Shown one piece after another: positions 37,397 through 49,284 of a stretch of 49,550 nt of DNA. Source of the DNA: Tubiluchus corallicola (taxonomy: Eukaryota; Animalia; Priapulida); the NCBI GenBank assembly GCA_030141605.1, contig JAQGDQ010000529.1, positions 1-49,550 on the forward strand, given 5' to 3'. Within the stretch, counting starts at the first letter, position 1. Each line of letters begins with the position of its first letter. The notes beneath the pieces were generated by a model that saw nothing but the letters and a program-made list of their open reading frames with translations, did not search any database and was not told where the DNA came from. Made by a program: the position numbers and the translations under genes.

Positions 37397-37977
37397 CTGT
37401 GATACACCAAAGCGTCCCCCATCTGGCTTCCAGAGTTCAGCATCTAGCGTTCACTGATTAGTACGTTAGCAGGAAAGCCAATCTCTATGTTCTCTGAAGA
37501 AAAGTAAAATGGACAATATCAAAATTATTTTCACAATGCTTTCTTTTTTACGTTTTTCGTATAATAATACGTATAGCACCATTTGCTAGTTGAAGAACAG
37601 ACGCTGCGCCATTAATTAAAGAATGTACCAGCTCTGTCTCAAGCACCAAGACGACAAGAATAAATTTAACAATTTTATTGTAACTCGAAAAGTAACGAGG
37701 TTATAACTAGAAAGATGAGCGCAACTGAAAAACAAAGAAGTTGAAAACAAAAGGGCAACTTTGCAAAAGGGATAAAGTTGATAACACCAACAACACGCAT
37801 GTATACTGGCGCTGGACGCTCAAAAAATAAGGATATATTCCAGCATCTGGCTTCCATGCAGCGTCCGCTGCCAAAGTCTTTGGTTTCGTCACCAGTTGAT
37901 GACATAATTATATGTTCGATCTCGCTTCCAAATGCTGGACGGGAGCACCAGATATTGGACGCTTTGGTGTATCATAG
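37397..37977. mobile_element. MITE with 21-bp TIR downstream of the LGR stop
   Basis: CTGTGATACACCAAAGCGTCC ... GGACGCTTTGGTGTATCATAG, flanked by AC/AC; related fragment at about 13830-13960. Confidence 0.7.
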
Positions 37978-38055
37978 ACATAATGTACAAAATTCCTTGC
38001 CTGACAACCATAAATGTTAGATTGTTGATTGAAAGAAGAGAATAAGTTGAATAAA

Positions 38056-38625
38056 GTGGCATTTACCTAGGCATCCGGAATAGATTATGCGTTATCCACC
38101 TGAGGAATAGCTGCATATAAGAAAATCAGTAAGAAGTAACTGCAGAAAAAATAATACATGTCTGATAAACGGGTGCATTGCAAACATTATAAACCACATC
38201 TGCATAAAGCGTACGCATTCGGTAGGGGTGAGCATCGAATGCTCGAATTCGATTCGAACGAGTTTTTTCAGTTCGAACTCGATTCGAATCCAAAACTATA
38301 GATTCGAATAATTCAGCACTTCAGTCACATATGTTCTTTATCACTAAAGCGATTGAAACATCATGCAATTAGCATAATCTAGCTGTGATTTCTGCGCAAA
38401 GTTTTAAAGAAATTACTAATTGTTCTATTGCAGAACAAAATCTAGTGATATGCATGATCTTTGTAAGACTAATTTTTACTGGTGGTTCGAAAATTTGTTC
38501 GAAAATCTTTCAATCTCAATTCAGTTCGATTCGAATTCGAAAGTCACAAATTCGGTTCGATTCAAACTCGCTTTCTGGTAGAGAATGCTCACTCCTAGCA
38601 TTCGGTTGTCTGGAAAACGCCACTT
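38056..38625. mobile_element. Harbinger-like MITE interrupted by a hAT MITE
   Basis: AGTGGCATTTACC ... GGAAAACGCCACT; inverted homologue at about 27510-27688. Confidence 0.6.
38223..38597. mobile_element. hAT-type MITE
   Basis: TIR TAGGGGTGAGCAT / ATGCTCACTCCTA, perfect 8-bp TSD GCATTCGG, subterminal TTCGA repeats. Confidence 0.88.
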
Positions 38626-40109
38626 TACATCAAACTGCACCCTAACGACTCAGAAGTGCAATTTGGTTACTAATAACTATTATTATTAAATCTTTGTTCA
38701 AGTGTGTTATGCGCTGCTCTTTCAAAAATAAAATTTAATTTTTCCCTTAATTTTTGTTGACATAAATTTTACATTTTTTCACTGAAACTATAATCTCCAA
38801 AAATCCGTCATTGATTGAAGTTACATTTGTGACACAACCACGTCTTAGAACTCGAATTCAGTAAGTTTTTAAAAATTTTAATAATGTGTGGCTGAACTTG
38901 GGCTTCAAGCATTATTATTACTCTGACCAACCGGTTCATTATCAACCACGAATTATTTTACCGATCAGTTATCATAAAAATTGTTACAATGACTTCTGGA
39001 CCTACGCTCACAGTTTCACTTGTATGGTAGGCTCTTATTCCGAGTGGCCGTCGGCTTGCTTGGGGCGACTTGTACTAACATAATTAACAAACGCATTACT
39101 AGTGTGCTGTTTGCTGAAGATTGGGGCTTGAACTGCGGTTGGTTTATGTACGTAAAAGACAAAAATCACATGATAGACGGAACGTGCTTGTATGATATTT
39201 TCATGATTTGTGTAGCGAGTTACAATAAAATACTAAAAATAAGTTTTTCTTTGCGTGTGGGATACCAAAGTTTGAATAAGACTTTCCGAGTTTTTATTAG
39301 TACCTGTAATAAAACCCAGTTTCTGGCAGTGTTATGTCATTACATGGTGTGGCTATCCAATGACTTTGAGCTGATTCATTTCTTACTAAAACAAATTAAA
39401 TTGCAATAATGTACATGCCATTCTTAAAGAAACGTGCCAATGGCCAAAGGGCCGACAGTGGAACTGTTCGAACATTGTGCAAAGCTTTTTAAACAAACAT
39501 GCCAAGTGCCAAAAGTTTGGAGCATGTGTTTCTACTAAATGCTGGACAAAAATCGTCAGTAACTGCTAATTTGCATAAGATTACTAGAATGCATTTATAA
39601 TGATTATTTGCATAATGTAAGTCTTTTGAACTTCACTGAGCCTGCTGTTGAATATTACACGAATTCCAGAAAAATGGACAGCTGCCATAACGTGCTATTT
39701 TTTTAAATTTTGTCCTTATTTTTTCGGATTTGATCCGTAAAGTAGCGGTCGTAGCAAGAATTTTAGTTTCTAATATTCCTTTATGGGGGTAGATGACGCC
39801 ACCATATCTTTCAGCAGGCCAGCAAACGAATAGCATCAACGTGCCTAACTGTGACTGCTACGTACGATTTTTGTTGTTAAAAAGATCTAAAAATGCGTTA
39901 AAAAGGTAAAAGTTTAGACTGTACAGCCCTAATAAATTGCTAGTGTTATACTTTACTTTCAAATAAATTTATCTAATAAAATTTACTTTCATTGGTCTGT
40001 AAGCAGGTTTAGCTTATTGAACTCGATGAAGTATCTACGCTGCGACTACAACAGCGGCTACATTAGTAAGTCATAAGGGTTATTTTTACAATTGCTTCAC
40101 CCATGATTA

Positions 40110-40539
40110 CAGTTTAATAGACTCGCGGTTAATAGACTCAATCACTTAACTGACTCAGAAACGCCAGGTATGGGGACCGCTTCTATTCAAATGTGCCTAA
40201 AAACTCGGTAATTGACTCAAATATCTCCGCATAATTGACTCAATATTTTTCCTTCACGCACTTAAAATAAGACATTTGTATGTGCCCAAAGAGCATTAAA
40301 ACTCTCTCTAAAACGCAAGAGACTAACGCTAATTCACTTATATAAATTAATATTTTAAAATACTTTTTTAAAAATGTTTTTAAGGAATTTAGGCATTACT
40401 TCCTTTCTTAAATTAATTAAAAACCTGATGACTCATAATTTATACCAGTAATACTACACCCATCGGTTAATAGGTTCAGTCGGTTTATTGGGTCAAAACA
40501 CTTCAGTCCCAAAGTGAGTCTATTAAGCGGCGCCTACTG
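40110..40539. mobile_element. Tc1/mariner-like MITE
   Basis: TA|CAGT..TTAATAGACTC ... GAGTCTATTAAGCGGCGCCTACTG|TA; left end degenerate. Confidence 0.65.
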
Positions 40540-40917
40540 TATTTTAATACTAGTGCACTGTAGAACGTTCTTTAGTATGTTTGTGTGTTCCAGTCTACTA
40601 CCAACTTTTGATAATGGTGCACTTGGCTTTCTGTTTGAAACGGGATCTGAGAACGGTCATTCTGTTTGCTTGTTGGTTCATCGTGTCACAGAAGATGAAC
40701 AGAACGGTGATAAAAGAAAATAGAATTTTGGGAATTGGAAAAATTTGAGGACTGAGAACTGCAATATTATCTTATTGCTGCTTGTTTTTAATTGAAGTTT
40801 CTTGAATTTCTTGTTCCTTTGACATGAAAGTAACATGAAAGTTACCTCTGAGCTAGAGCAATGTTTAAAAATAAATTGTAAGAACTTATGCAAGCTGTTA
40901 TTGACGCTTTTTAGAAC

Positions 40918-43900
40918 ATGGAGAAGTACGCGGATGTAGAAGAATCGATAGAGACATTGCTCGGGCAGTTAAGCCCGGATTTGGATGACGCATGCGAGGC
41001 TCAGTTAGCGGCCCAACTCGGAAAGAATCTGCTGGCTCAGAATCAGGTGCTGAAGAGCGAACTTGCTCTGAAAGAATCCGATTATAACATGAGAGAACAA
41101 GCCATGCAGAAGAACGTGGAGGTAAGTTCAGTTTATTTAGCGCTTCACTCTCCTACATTAACGAATGTGTCTATTAAATTTCTCATCTTGCTTTCTATGC
41201 CAAGAAAATTAAATACAAAATTTGTAAAATACTCTTGTTTGATGGCACGGTTTGTGCCATGCTAGAATAACAGTGTCACAGCAATCTCATCACGTCGTGG
41301 TTGTGGTAGACGATACAGTGAGCTTAGCAACTGCATGCAAAAATAACAGCGCCTCAGCAATCTCATGATGTCGTGGTTGTGGTAGACGATACAGCGAGCT
41401 TAGCAACTGCATGCTAAAATAACAGCGCCGCAGCAATCTCATGACGTTGTGGTTGTGGTAGACGATACAGCGAGCTTAGCAACTGCATGCAAAAATAACA
41501 GCGCCGCAGCAATCTCATGACGTCGTGGTTGTGGTAGACGATACAGCGAGCTTAGCAACTGCATGCAAAAATAACAGTGTCACAGCAATCTCATCACGTC
41601 GTGGTTGTGGTAGACGATACAGTGAGCTTAGCAACTGCATGCAAAAATAACAGCAATTGCTGTGTTTGCAGATGTACTTTGTTTTAATTAGTAAAGTTTA
41701 TTTAATTATGGCTTCACACGAGAGGTTCCTGTATACGCTTGTACATACAGACAATTTTATTAACATAATGCCTTACCGAGTTTGTGGCCGCTAAACAGCT
41801 AGTTGCTTGTACCAATGATTATGATTTCACATACTTTCATTTCACGGAATTTTAGCACATCTGCCATCGTTTCAAGTTTGATTATACATTAACCCTTTCA
41901 GTCCCAAATTATTTTTTTAATAAGAAAAAATTTTTTGGCTTGGTACTTTTGTTCAGTATGTCCATCTTGTTTACACATAATAATTATTTTTTTCTACCTG
42001 TGCCTGCGTGCTAAATATAGCCTGTATCCCACGGGATTCATTGGGATTCAATGGAAGCATAAAATGTGCTTCATTTTGCAACTGCTGATAATTTTTTAAA
42101 GTATTTAAGACATTTAGTATGCATGCTATGCTGATCTGTACGAAGTCATCTCTAAAGTACTGTACCTTGCGCAGTTTTTTATGCTATGTAGATTTTCTAG
42201 TTTACCATTTTATCACAATTTTTAGTCTATTGTTATTGGCTTAAATCAAAATAACTATTAACAGATCAAATAACTGTCAGTTTTAAAATTTTGTTAATTT
42301 TAAAGGCAGAAAATATTCTCGTATCCGGGATGAAAGGGTTAAGCTGCTTATAGGTATTAAACTGTTGGTGAGATGTGAAAATGGTTGTGTTACTTGATGT
42401 ATGAATGCACAATACATTATAACAGTGATGTTCCAAGCCTGGCTTTATCCTGCTGTATTTATCTAAACTCATTATTAAACCTGTTTAATAGTAGTCACTT
42501 CTGTTATTATCGTTGCTGCCGTCGTTGCTGTACCTGCCGTCAATATTGTTGCACGTTCCAGGAAAATGGGTTTAAGCTGCTGTTGTAGATGCTTGTTTAG
42601 ATCCCTAGTAACTCAGCACTCAGCATGTCTGTTCACTTTTATGTGAAACTCATCTAACACTTCAATGTCCACAAAACCAGTGTGTTTCAATAGAGGTACC
42701 ACATTGATGCGGGATGCCGACACTGTATCTCGACACTAGGTGGAGGAGATGTACAAGCAGCCAACGGCTGGAGGGCAGAGGAGGTCAAGTGATCCAACGG
42801 CCATGTGTAGAGGAGTAAACCTTCCAAATAAGGGGTGGAGCCCCGAAGGCGGACCAGTGCAGCATGCTCACTGACTCCGGCAGCTCCTGCAGCCAACCTG
42901 GTGCCAAACGTATCGCTCCGCTTTCCTTTGGACTACACCAGGGAGGAAGAGAGGGGGTTCCTGTTGTCTGGGCAACTCAGGATCTCCATACACCTTGCCC
43001 AGGCGTGCGCCCTGGAGACGTTCAAGGATCGGCCTCTCTTGGCGCGCACTCCATTGTCTTCCGAGACAGAAGGATGCCAACAACAACAACTCACAGTCGA
43101 CGCTGCAGCTCCATCAATGTGATCAATAATTGACTCTCTTGGCGCGCACTCCATTGTCTTCCGAGACAGAAGGATGCCAACAACTACATTGATGATAGTT
43201 AACTTTATTCTAAGTGCCATTACAGCAAACAGCAAATTAGTTTTAATGAATGTTAGTCTCTGAGGAAGTATTTCTCAACAGAGTTTTAATTTTGTATTGT
43301 TTCAGCACTTATCACAGGAAAATTACAGCTTAAGACAGGAAGTGAATCGTCTCAATCTTTTGGCGCAAAGCCAACAGGAAGACAATGAAATCCTGGAGCA
43401 GGAATTCAGGCAAGAGAGAGAAGTGACAAAAAAGTTGAAAACTAAGGTAGCCATCCACGCGTTTATAAACATTGTGTTCTTCTTTTTTGTAGGCTTCTGA
43501 TGGGGCTGTAACGATACATCATGTGTTTCTGACATTTCTGACAAACTAATGGTGCGTTCAGACTAGAGAGTTCTCTCTCAGAGTTCTGGCAATAAACACA
43601 GCTTGTCTGCAAAAAACTCACGAGAGAAATCTCAACTACTCCTGGTGAGTTTGCATTACCTTGCAGAGAGAACTCTCAGCTGATCCTGGTGAGTTTGCAT
43701 TACCTTGCAGAGAGAACTTTCAACTACTCCTGTTGAGTTTGCATTTCCTTGCAGAGAGAACTCTCAACTGCTCCTGTTGAGTTTGCATTTCCTTGCAGAG
43801 AGAACTCTCAGCTGCTCCTGTAGAGTTTGCATTACCTTGCAGAGAGAACTCTCAACTATTCCTGGAGAGTTTGCATTACCTTGCAGAGAGAACTCTCAGC

Positions 43901-46900
43901 TGCTCCTGGAGAGTTTGCATTACCTTGCAGAGAGAACTCTCAGCTGCTCCTGTGGAGTTTGCATTACCTTGCAGAGAGAACTCTCAACGACTCCTGGTGA
44001 GTTTGCATTACCTTGCAGAGAGAACTCTCAACTACTATTGAGTTTGCATTACCTTGCAGAGAGAACTCTCAACTACTCCTGGAGAGTTTGCATTACCTTG
44101 CAGAGAGAACTCTCAACTACTCCTGGAGAGTTTGCATTCCCTTTCAGAGAGAACTCTCAACTACTCCTGGTGAGTTTGCATTTCCTTGCAGAGAGAACTC
44201 TCAACTGCTCCTGGTGAGTTTGCATTACCTTGCAGAGAGAACTCTCAACTACTCCTGGTGAGTTTGCATTACCTTGCAGAGAGAACTCTCAGCTGCTCCT
44301 GGTGAGTTTGCATTACCTTGCAGAGAGAACTCTCAACAACTCCTGGTGAGTTTGCATTACCTTGCAGAGAGAACTCTCAACTGCTCCTGGTGAGTTTGCA
44401 TTACCTTGCAGAGAGAACTCTCAACTACTCTTGAGTTTGCATTACCTTGCAGAGAGAACTCTCAACTACTCCTGGAGAGTTTGCATTACCTTGCAGAGAG
44501 AACTCTCAACTACTCCTGGAGAGTTTGCATTACCTTGCAGAGAGAACTCTCAACTACTCCTGGTGAGTTTGCATTACCTTGCAGAGAGAACTCTCAGCTG
44601 CTCCTGGTGAGTTTGCAATACCTTGCAGAGAGAACTCTCAACAACTCCTGGTGAGTTTGCATTACCTTGCAGAGAGAACTCTCAACTACTGGTGAGTTTG
44701 CATTACCTTGCAGAGAGAACTCTCAGCTGCTCCTGGTGAGTTTGCATTACCTTGCAGAGAGAACTCTCAACTACTCCTGGTGAGTTTGCATTACCTTGCA
44801 GAGAGAACTCTTAACTGCTCCTTGAGTGATTGCATTACCTTGCAGAGAGAACTCTCAGCTGCTCCTGGTGAGTTTGCATTACCTTGCAGAGAGAACTCTC
44901 AACTACTGGTGAGTTTGCATTACCTTGCAGAGAGAACTCTCAGCTGCTCCTGGTGAGTTTGCATTACCTTGCAGAGAGAACTCTCAACCACTCCTTGTGA
45001 GTTTGCATTACCTTGCAGAGAGAACTCTCAACTGCTCCTTGAGTGATTGCATTACCTTGCAGAGAGAACTCTCAACGACTCCTGGTGAGTTTGCATTACC
45101 TTGCAGAGAGAACTCTCAACTGCTTCTGGAGAGTTTGCATTACCTTGCAGAGAGAACTCTCAACTACTCCTGGTGAGTTTGCATTTCCTTGCAGAGAGAA
45201 CTCTCAACTGCTCCTGGTGAGTTTGCATTACCTTGCAGAGAGAACTCTCAACTGTTCCTTGAGTGATTGCATTACCTTGCAGAGAGAACTCTCAGCTGCT
45301 CCTGGTGAGTTTGCATTACCTTGCAGAGAGAACTCTCAACTGCTCCTGGTGAGTTTGCAATACCTTGCAGAGAGAAATCTCAGCTACTCCTGGTGAGTTT
45401 GCAATACCTTGCAGAGAGAACTCTCAGCTGCTCCTGGTGAGTTTGCATTACCTTGCAGAGAGAACTCTCAACAACTCCTGGTGAGTTTGCATTACCTTGC
45501 AGAGAGAACTCTCAGCTGCTCCTGGTGAGTTTGCATTACCTTGCAGAGAGAACTCTCAGCTGCTCCTGGTGAGTTTGCATTACCTTGCAGAGAGAACTCT
45601 CAGCTGCTCCTGGTGAGTTTGCATTACCTTGCAGAGAGAACTCGCAAAGCCATTCACATTTGCGAGTTTCCTTTTAGAGAGAACTCTCGAGAGAAAACTG
45701 TCTATTGCCACTCCATAAAAAAGCATTCACCGGACTTTCACTGGACTACCTAAGCTTATAACCTTTGACTAGCCACACTGCTATGAGAGCATAAACTGTT
45801 TTCAAAAACAAAATATGCCATTTGCTGTTTTTAAAAATAGTTTTTTATTGCTTCAGCAATGTGACGAAGTCACCCGGTTGCAGTCAGAAATCAGTGAGCT
45901 TGAAACCGAGAAAGAGAACATGATATCAGCAATACATGATCTACACAAGAAGGAACTTGGCTGCGTGACTTCGCATTACACGGAGAATCTGCAGGTGCAA
46001 ATCGTTAACCTGCAAGAACAACTGCAGGAACTTAGCTTGAAACTCGTAAGTCTTCGCGTGATAATTATAAATTCAGTATACCGTATATAATATTTTAATA
46101 TATTTTTACGTTAATGTTGTAAACTTAGTAACTGTACAGGCGACAGAACGGCTACTCTTGAATGAATGCTTATCTGAGTTTTTCTTTTTTAAAGGGGACG
46201 ACAAGGTAATTTTAAAGCATGTCTCAAAAAACTTTTCATACAAAGTTATATTACTTAGCTTTATGCTTAATTGCTTGAAAGACTTATGTATCTAGAAAGG
46301 AAAATTCTTGGTAATTTAAAATGTTCGCACCATTTGATAAAATGTCACTGGCTCATCTGTCCAAGGTGCAGCACTGACTCACCAAAAAACATATTTTTAA
46401 ACTTATTGATAAAATACAGTACTATAAACTTTTGCTTAGTTTTTAATCGAGATTGACCTTATTTTGTTGCCCGCTAATTAAACTACATGTATATTCTTTT
46501 CTCTGGATTACATAGAAAATGTCATAATTTTAAAAATTACTAATGTTTCCTAAATTAAACTGATAACACATTATTGCCCACCAGTGTCTAAAAAATCTTT
46601 TTATCTACATTCGGTAAAGGATAGCAGACTAGGTGACTTTATAGTCTTTTCGCTGTCCTTTCTCTAGTTCTAGATCTATCTATACACTTTAACCATTTTT
46701 CAAAACTTATTAGAGATTCTTTTATTAATCAGTTTTATTGTAACACTATAAATAGATAAATAAATTGAAATTGAATTGAAATTGAAGTCTGTCAGCCTCA
46801 GACTGCCTTGCCAAGCTGCAAGCAGAAATTGAAAAGTGTGTTTGAGAGTGTGTTCACTTTAGAAGCTTTACAAGATCATTCAGGAACCAGCGTTATGAAT

Positions 46901-49284
46901 GTAAACTTTTTCTGCCGACTTTATAAGTTTAATAGTCTATCCTAGTTTAATAGTAAAACCCAAATCGAGGCTGAGAAATGTAAAACGTGGAATAGTCCTG
47001 GCATTTGAGTGACTAGTAGTCTTGAGTGTATTCAGTGCTCGCTCATGTTCAAAATCATTTATTTGAGGCAGTGACGATTGATGCACACTGACCGCAGGGA
47101 TGAGAATTTTCCGGGGATACGCGGAATTCCGAGTTTTTGGAAGACCAGTAGTGCCATTTTTGTAAATCGCGTTGAGAAAATTCGTTGAGAAAATTTTTAC
47201 GAACCCAGTACATTATTTCACAAGCTGACCGCTAGTTGGCAGGCCGTCACTTTGTTTACATCACGTACATCAGTGTAACCACGTGTATATCTCTATGTAT
47301 AAAAATATAGAATCAATTGTGCGGAGTTATTTGAGTCAATTGCAGACAGTTTTTATATACTTTTGTATAGGAGCGGCCAGTACTTAGGCGTTTTTGAGAC
47401 AATTAGGTATCATGTATCCTTGATAGTTGGGTATTTTAAATTATGCATGAAACAAGGTAATTGATATTTTAAGTCCACTTAGAGGTTCTCTATGGTCACA
47501 AAATTGCAATTTGTTGCTGGCTTCCCTTGAACCCCATTGGGGCTCTAGGTGGCCCCAAAAACCCCCGGCGTGTTTCAGAGTTTTTTGCAATTTGTCATTC
47601 TCATCCCTGCGACTGGGAATGCCATGAACTACAAAAGAAGGCACCTCATGGCTCCATAATTCACAGCATGGAGCTAATTTGGTTTACGTGTAATTTAAAA
47701 ATTGCCTGTCGCCGTTTTAGGAAACTCAGCAGAAGAATCTGGAAGAACTCCAGAACAAATCTGACCATTCCATAGATGCAATGAGCAGCGCGTCCGATCT
47801 TGATCTGGAAAGAGGTGGCGGGGATGCAGATGGAGTTTTCGGACAGGTAGTTACTGACATTAACAATGTTTTTTAATTGTTGTAACAGGTGTCCATGGCA
47901 ACGAATGGCTCTCAGCACAATATGTACAGCGGTTTTTGTATGTTTTAGTATGTGAATTTTGTTGGGGCATTAGATATGATAAAAAAACATGAGATTTGCT
48001 ATACTAATGAAGTCTGATGAGTATGAATTCGTATGTTTAAATATATGCAATATAGTTATTGTGACTTAATACTGTATTTTGTGGTTTCTTATTTGCTTAT
48101 AGGAGCATGCAAAGTTAACATGTTCAGCTGATGTCTGTCAAGATGCAAATACTGCTAAAGTGCTGTCGTGGCGGAACAATTATGCACTGACGAATGCTGG
48201 GAAAGACGTATCTGCTAAAATAATTGAATTTTCACTTAATGAGAGCTCACACACAAGGCAAAATAACGACATTAATACGTCACCTTCTAGCAATGGGCTA
48301 GGTAACAAGTTGGTAGATATTAGCAGCAGTACAGAAGACTACAGCGAGAACACTGTCTGTGATGTGGCAAGGATGGACGTTGGGACTAAAATTAACATGG
48401 AAGAAATTCGTCGTGTTAAACTTCCGCAGTGTGAACAAAATCTCAGATTTTACGGTGAAATCGCCAAGTTCTCACCAGCGAAACACGATGACGTGCTGGA
48501 AAGTGACGTATTAGACGGTAGCTATGACTGCAGTTTATTATGCTCTCCCACTGTGATGCAAAATGACGAAGATGCTTTGTGCGCTGGGATGTCATTGAAG
48601 GACGAGTTAGAGAAGGCACTTACGCCTGGTTCACCTGATCATTCCGAACTTGAACGTTCTGCCGTTGACGTTTTTCCCGACGGCGGACAGGTGGCACTGC
48701 AACAAGTTGATACTGCTGAGAATGACCCACTTTTCACGGCAGTTCCGTTGTCTCTAAGTGATTTGTCAACTGAAGAAATTGACGATGATGAGCCAGTCGG
48801 TGATTCTTTCCCTTCTTCTGGGGATGAGAAAGCAGATGATTATGTTTGCAGAAACGATTCCGTTGCTTCTGAAAACTTGGCTGCAATACAGGCGTATCGT
48901 CTATTGAATAAACTCGATGATGCTAACATAACAGTCAATGAACCTGCACCAATTTGTGGTGCTGTAGAGCTTGAAGAAGCTGCCTGCCTTCCACTTGAAG
49001 ATGCAGCAATAAGTGGTGTCATACCTGAAGTAACTGTTGCTGAATTTGTTTCTTCTGAAGTGGAGGTTGTGTCGGATGATGACGTAGGAAGTTGGAGTTG
49101 GAAGGATTCGAAAGCAGAATGCCGCATTCAGTCTGAAGACACTGATAAATCACAGGCTGATGTCGTAGTTGAGGACATCGTTGGGCTGTCACATTATGCT
49201 GGTTTATTAGACGATGCTGTTACTTCTGCTCACGAGGTATTGTCAGATGAAAGAGAAGTTGTCACACAAGATGACGATGTTCAG
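40918..49284 (+). CDS. Coiled-coil protein with CC1-box-like motif (BICDR/CDR2/HAP1-TRAK-like); exons 40918-41121, 43306-43446, 45857-46045, 47721-47846, 48103-49284; probably 3'-partial
   Basis: All exons are phase 0 with AG/GT boundaries, about 614 aa. Motifs QLAAQLGKNLLAQNQVLK and LSQENYSLR, heptad-rich E/Q/K/L exons, then a 394-codon acidic exon. The alternative is a stop at 49288-49290 if the donor at 49285 is unused. Confidence 0.8.
41266..41653. repeat. 76-bp minisatellite, 5 copies
   Basis: Period 76 (41266, 41342, 41418...). Confidence 0.93.
41893..42338. mobile_element. piggyBac-like MITE
   Basis: TTAA|CCCTTTCA...TGAAAGGG|TTAA. Confidence 0.85.
42710..43185 (+). mobile_element. 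RTE-related non-autonomous element plus second RTE 3' end (chimeric insertion)
   Basis: Two copies of the same about 50-nt 3' end (codes GAHSIVFRDRRMP) with CAA tails; 9-bp TSD ACATTGATG (42701-42709 / 43186-43194). Confidence 0.7.
43625..45643. repeat. 44-bp minisatellite, about 46 copies, within a Harbinger-like MITE remnant (about 43550-45710)
   Basis: Unit gtgagtttgcattaccttgcagagagaactctcaactactcctg; left flank GGTGCGTTCAGACTAGAGAGTTCTCTC. Confidence 0.95.
46193..46450. mobile_element. K2 MITE left part
   Basis: TTAA|AGGGGACG, colinear with 25993-26250. Confidence 0.65.
47095..47609. mobile_element. hAT-like MITE
   Basis: TIR CAGGGATGAGAAT / ATTCTCATCCCTG; no clear TSD. Confidence 0.7.

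Noticed and set aside
43625-45643. CRISPR-like palindromic repeats
   Set aside because: The variable part is only a few substitutions in a tandem unit, not unique spacers.
46796-46900. Extra phase-0 exon of gene 2 (PQTALPSCKQ...)
   Set aside because: No polypyrimidine tract and a weak donor; not needed for frame.
47889-47950. Small exon or RFX X-box-like GTGTCCATGGCAAC
   Set aside because: Would need a 42-nt intron and has no phase-0 donor; a single imperfect motif is not enough evidence.
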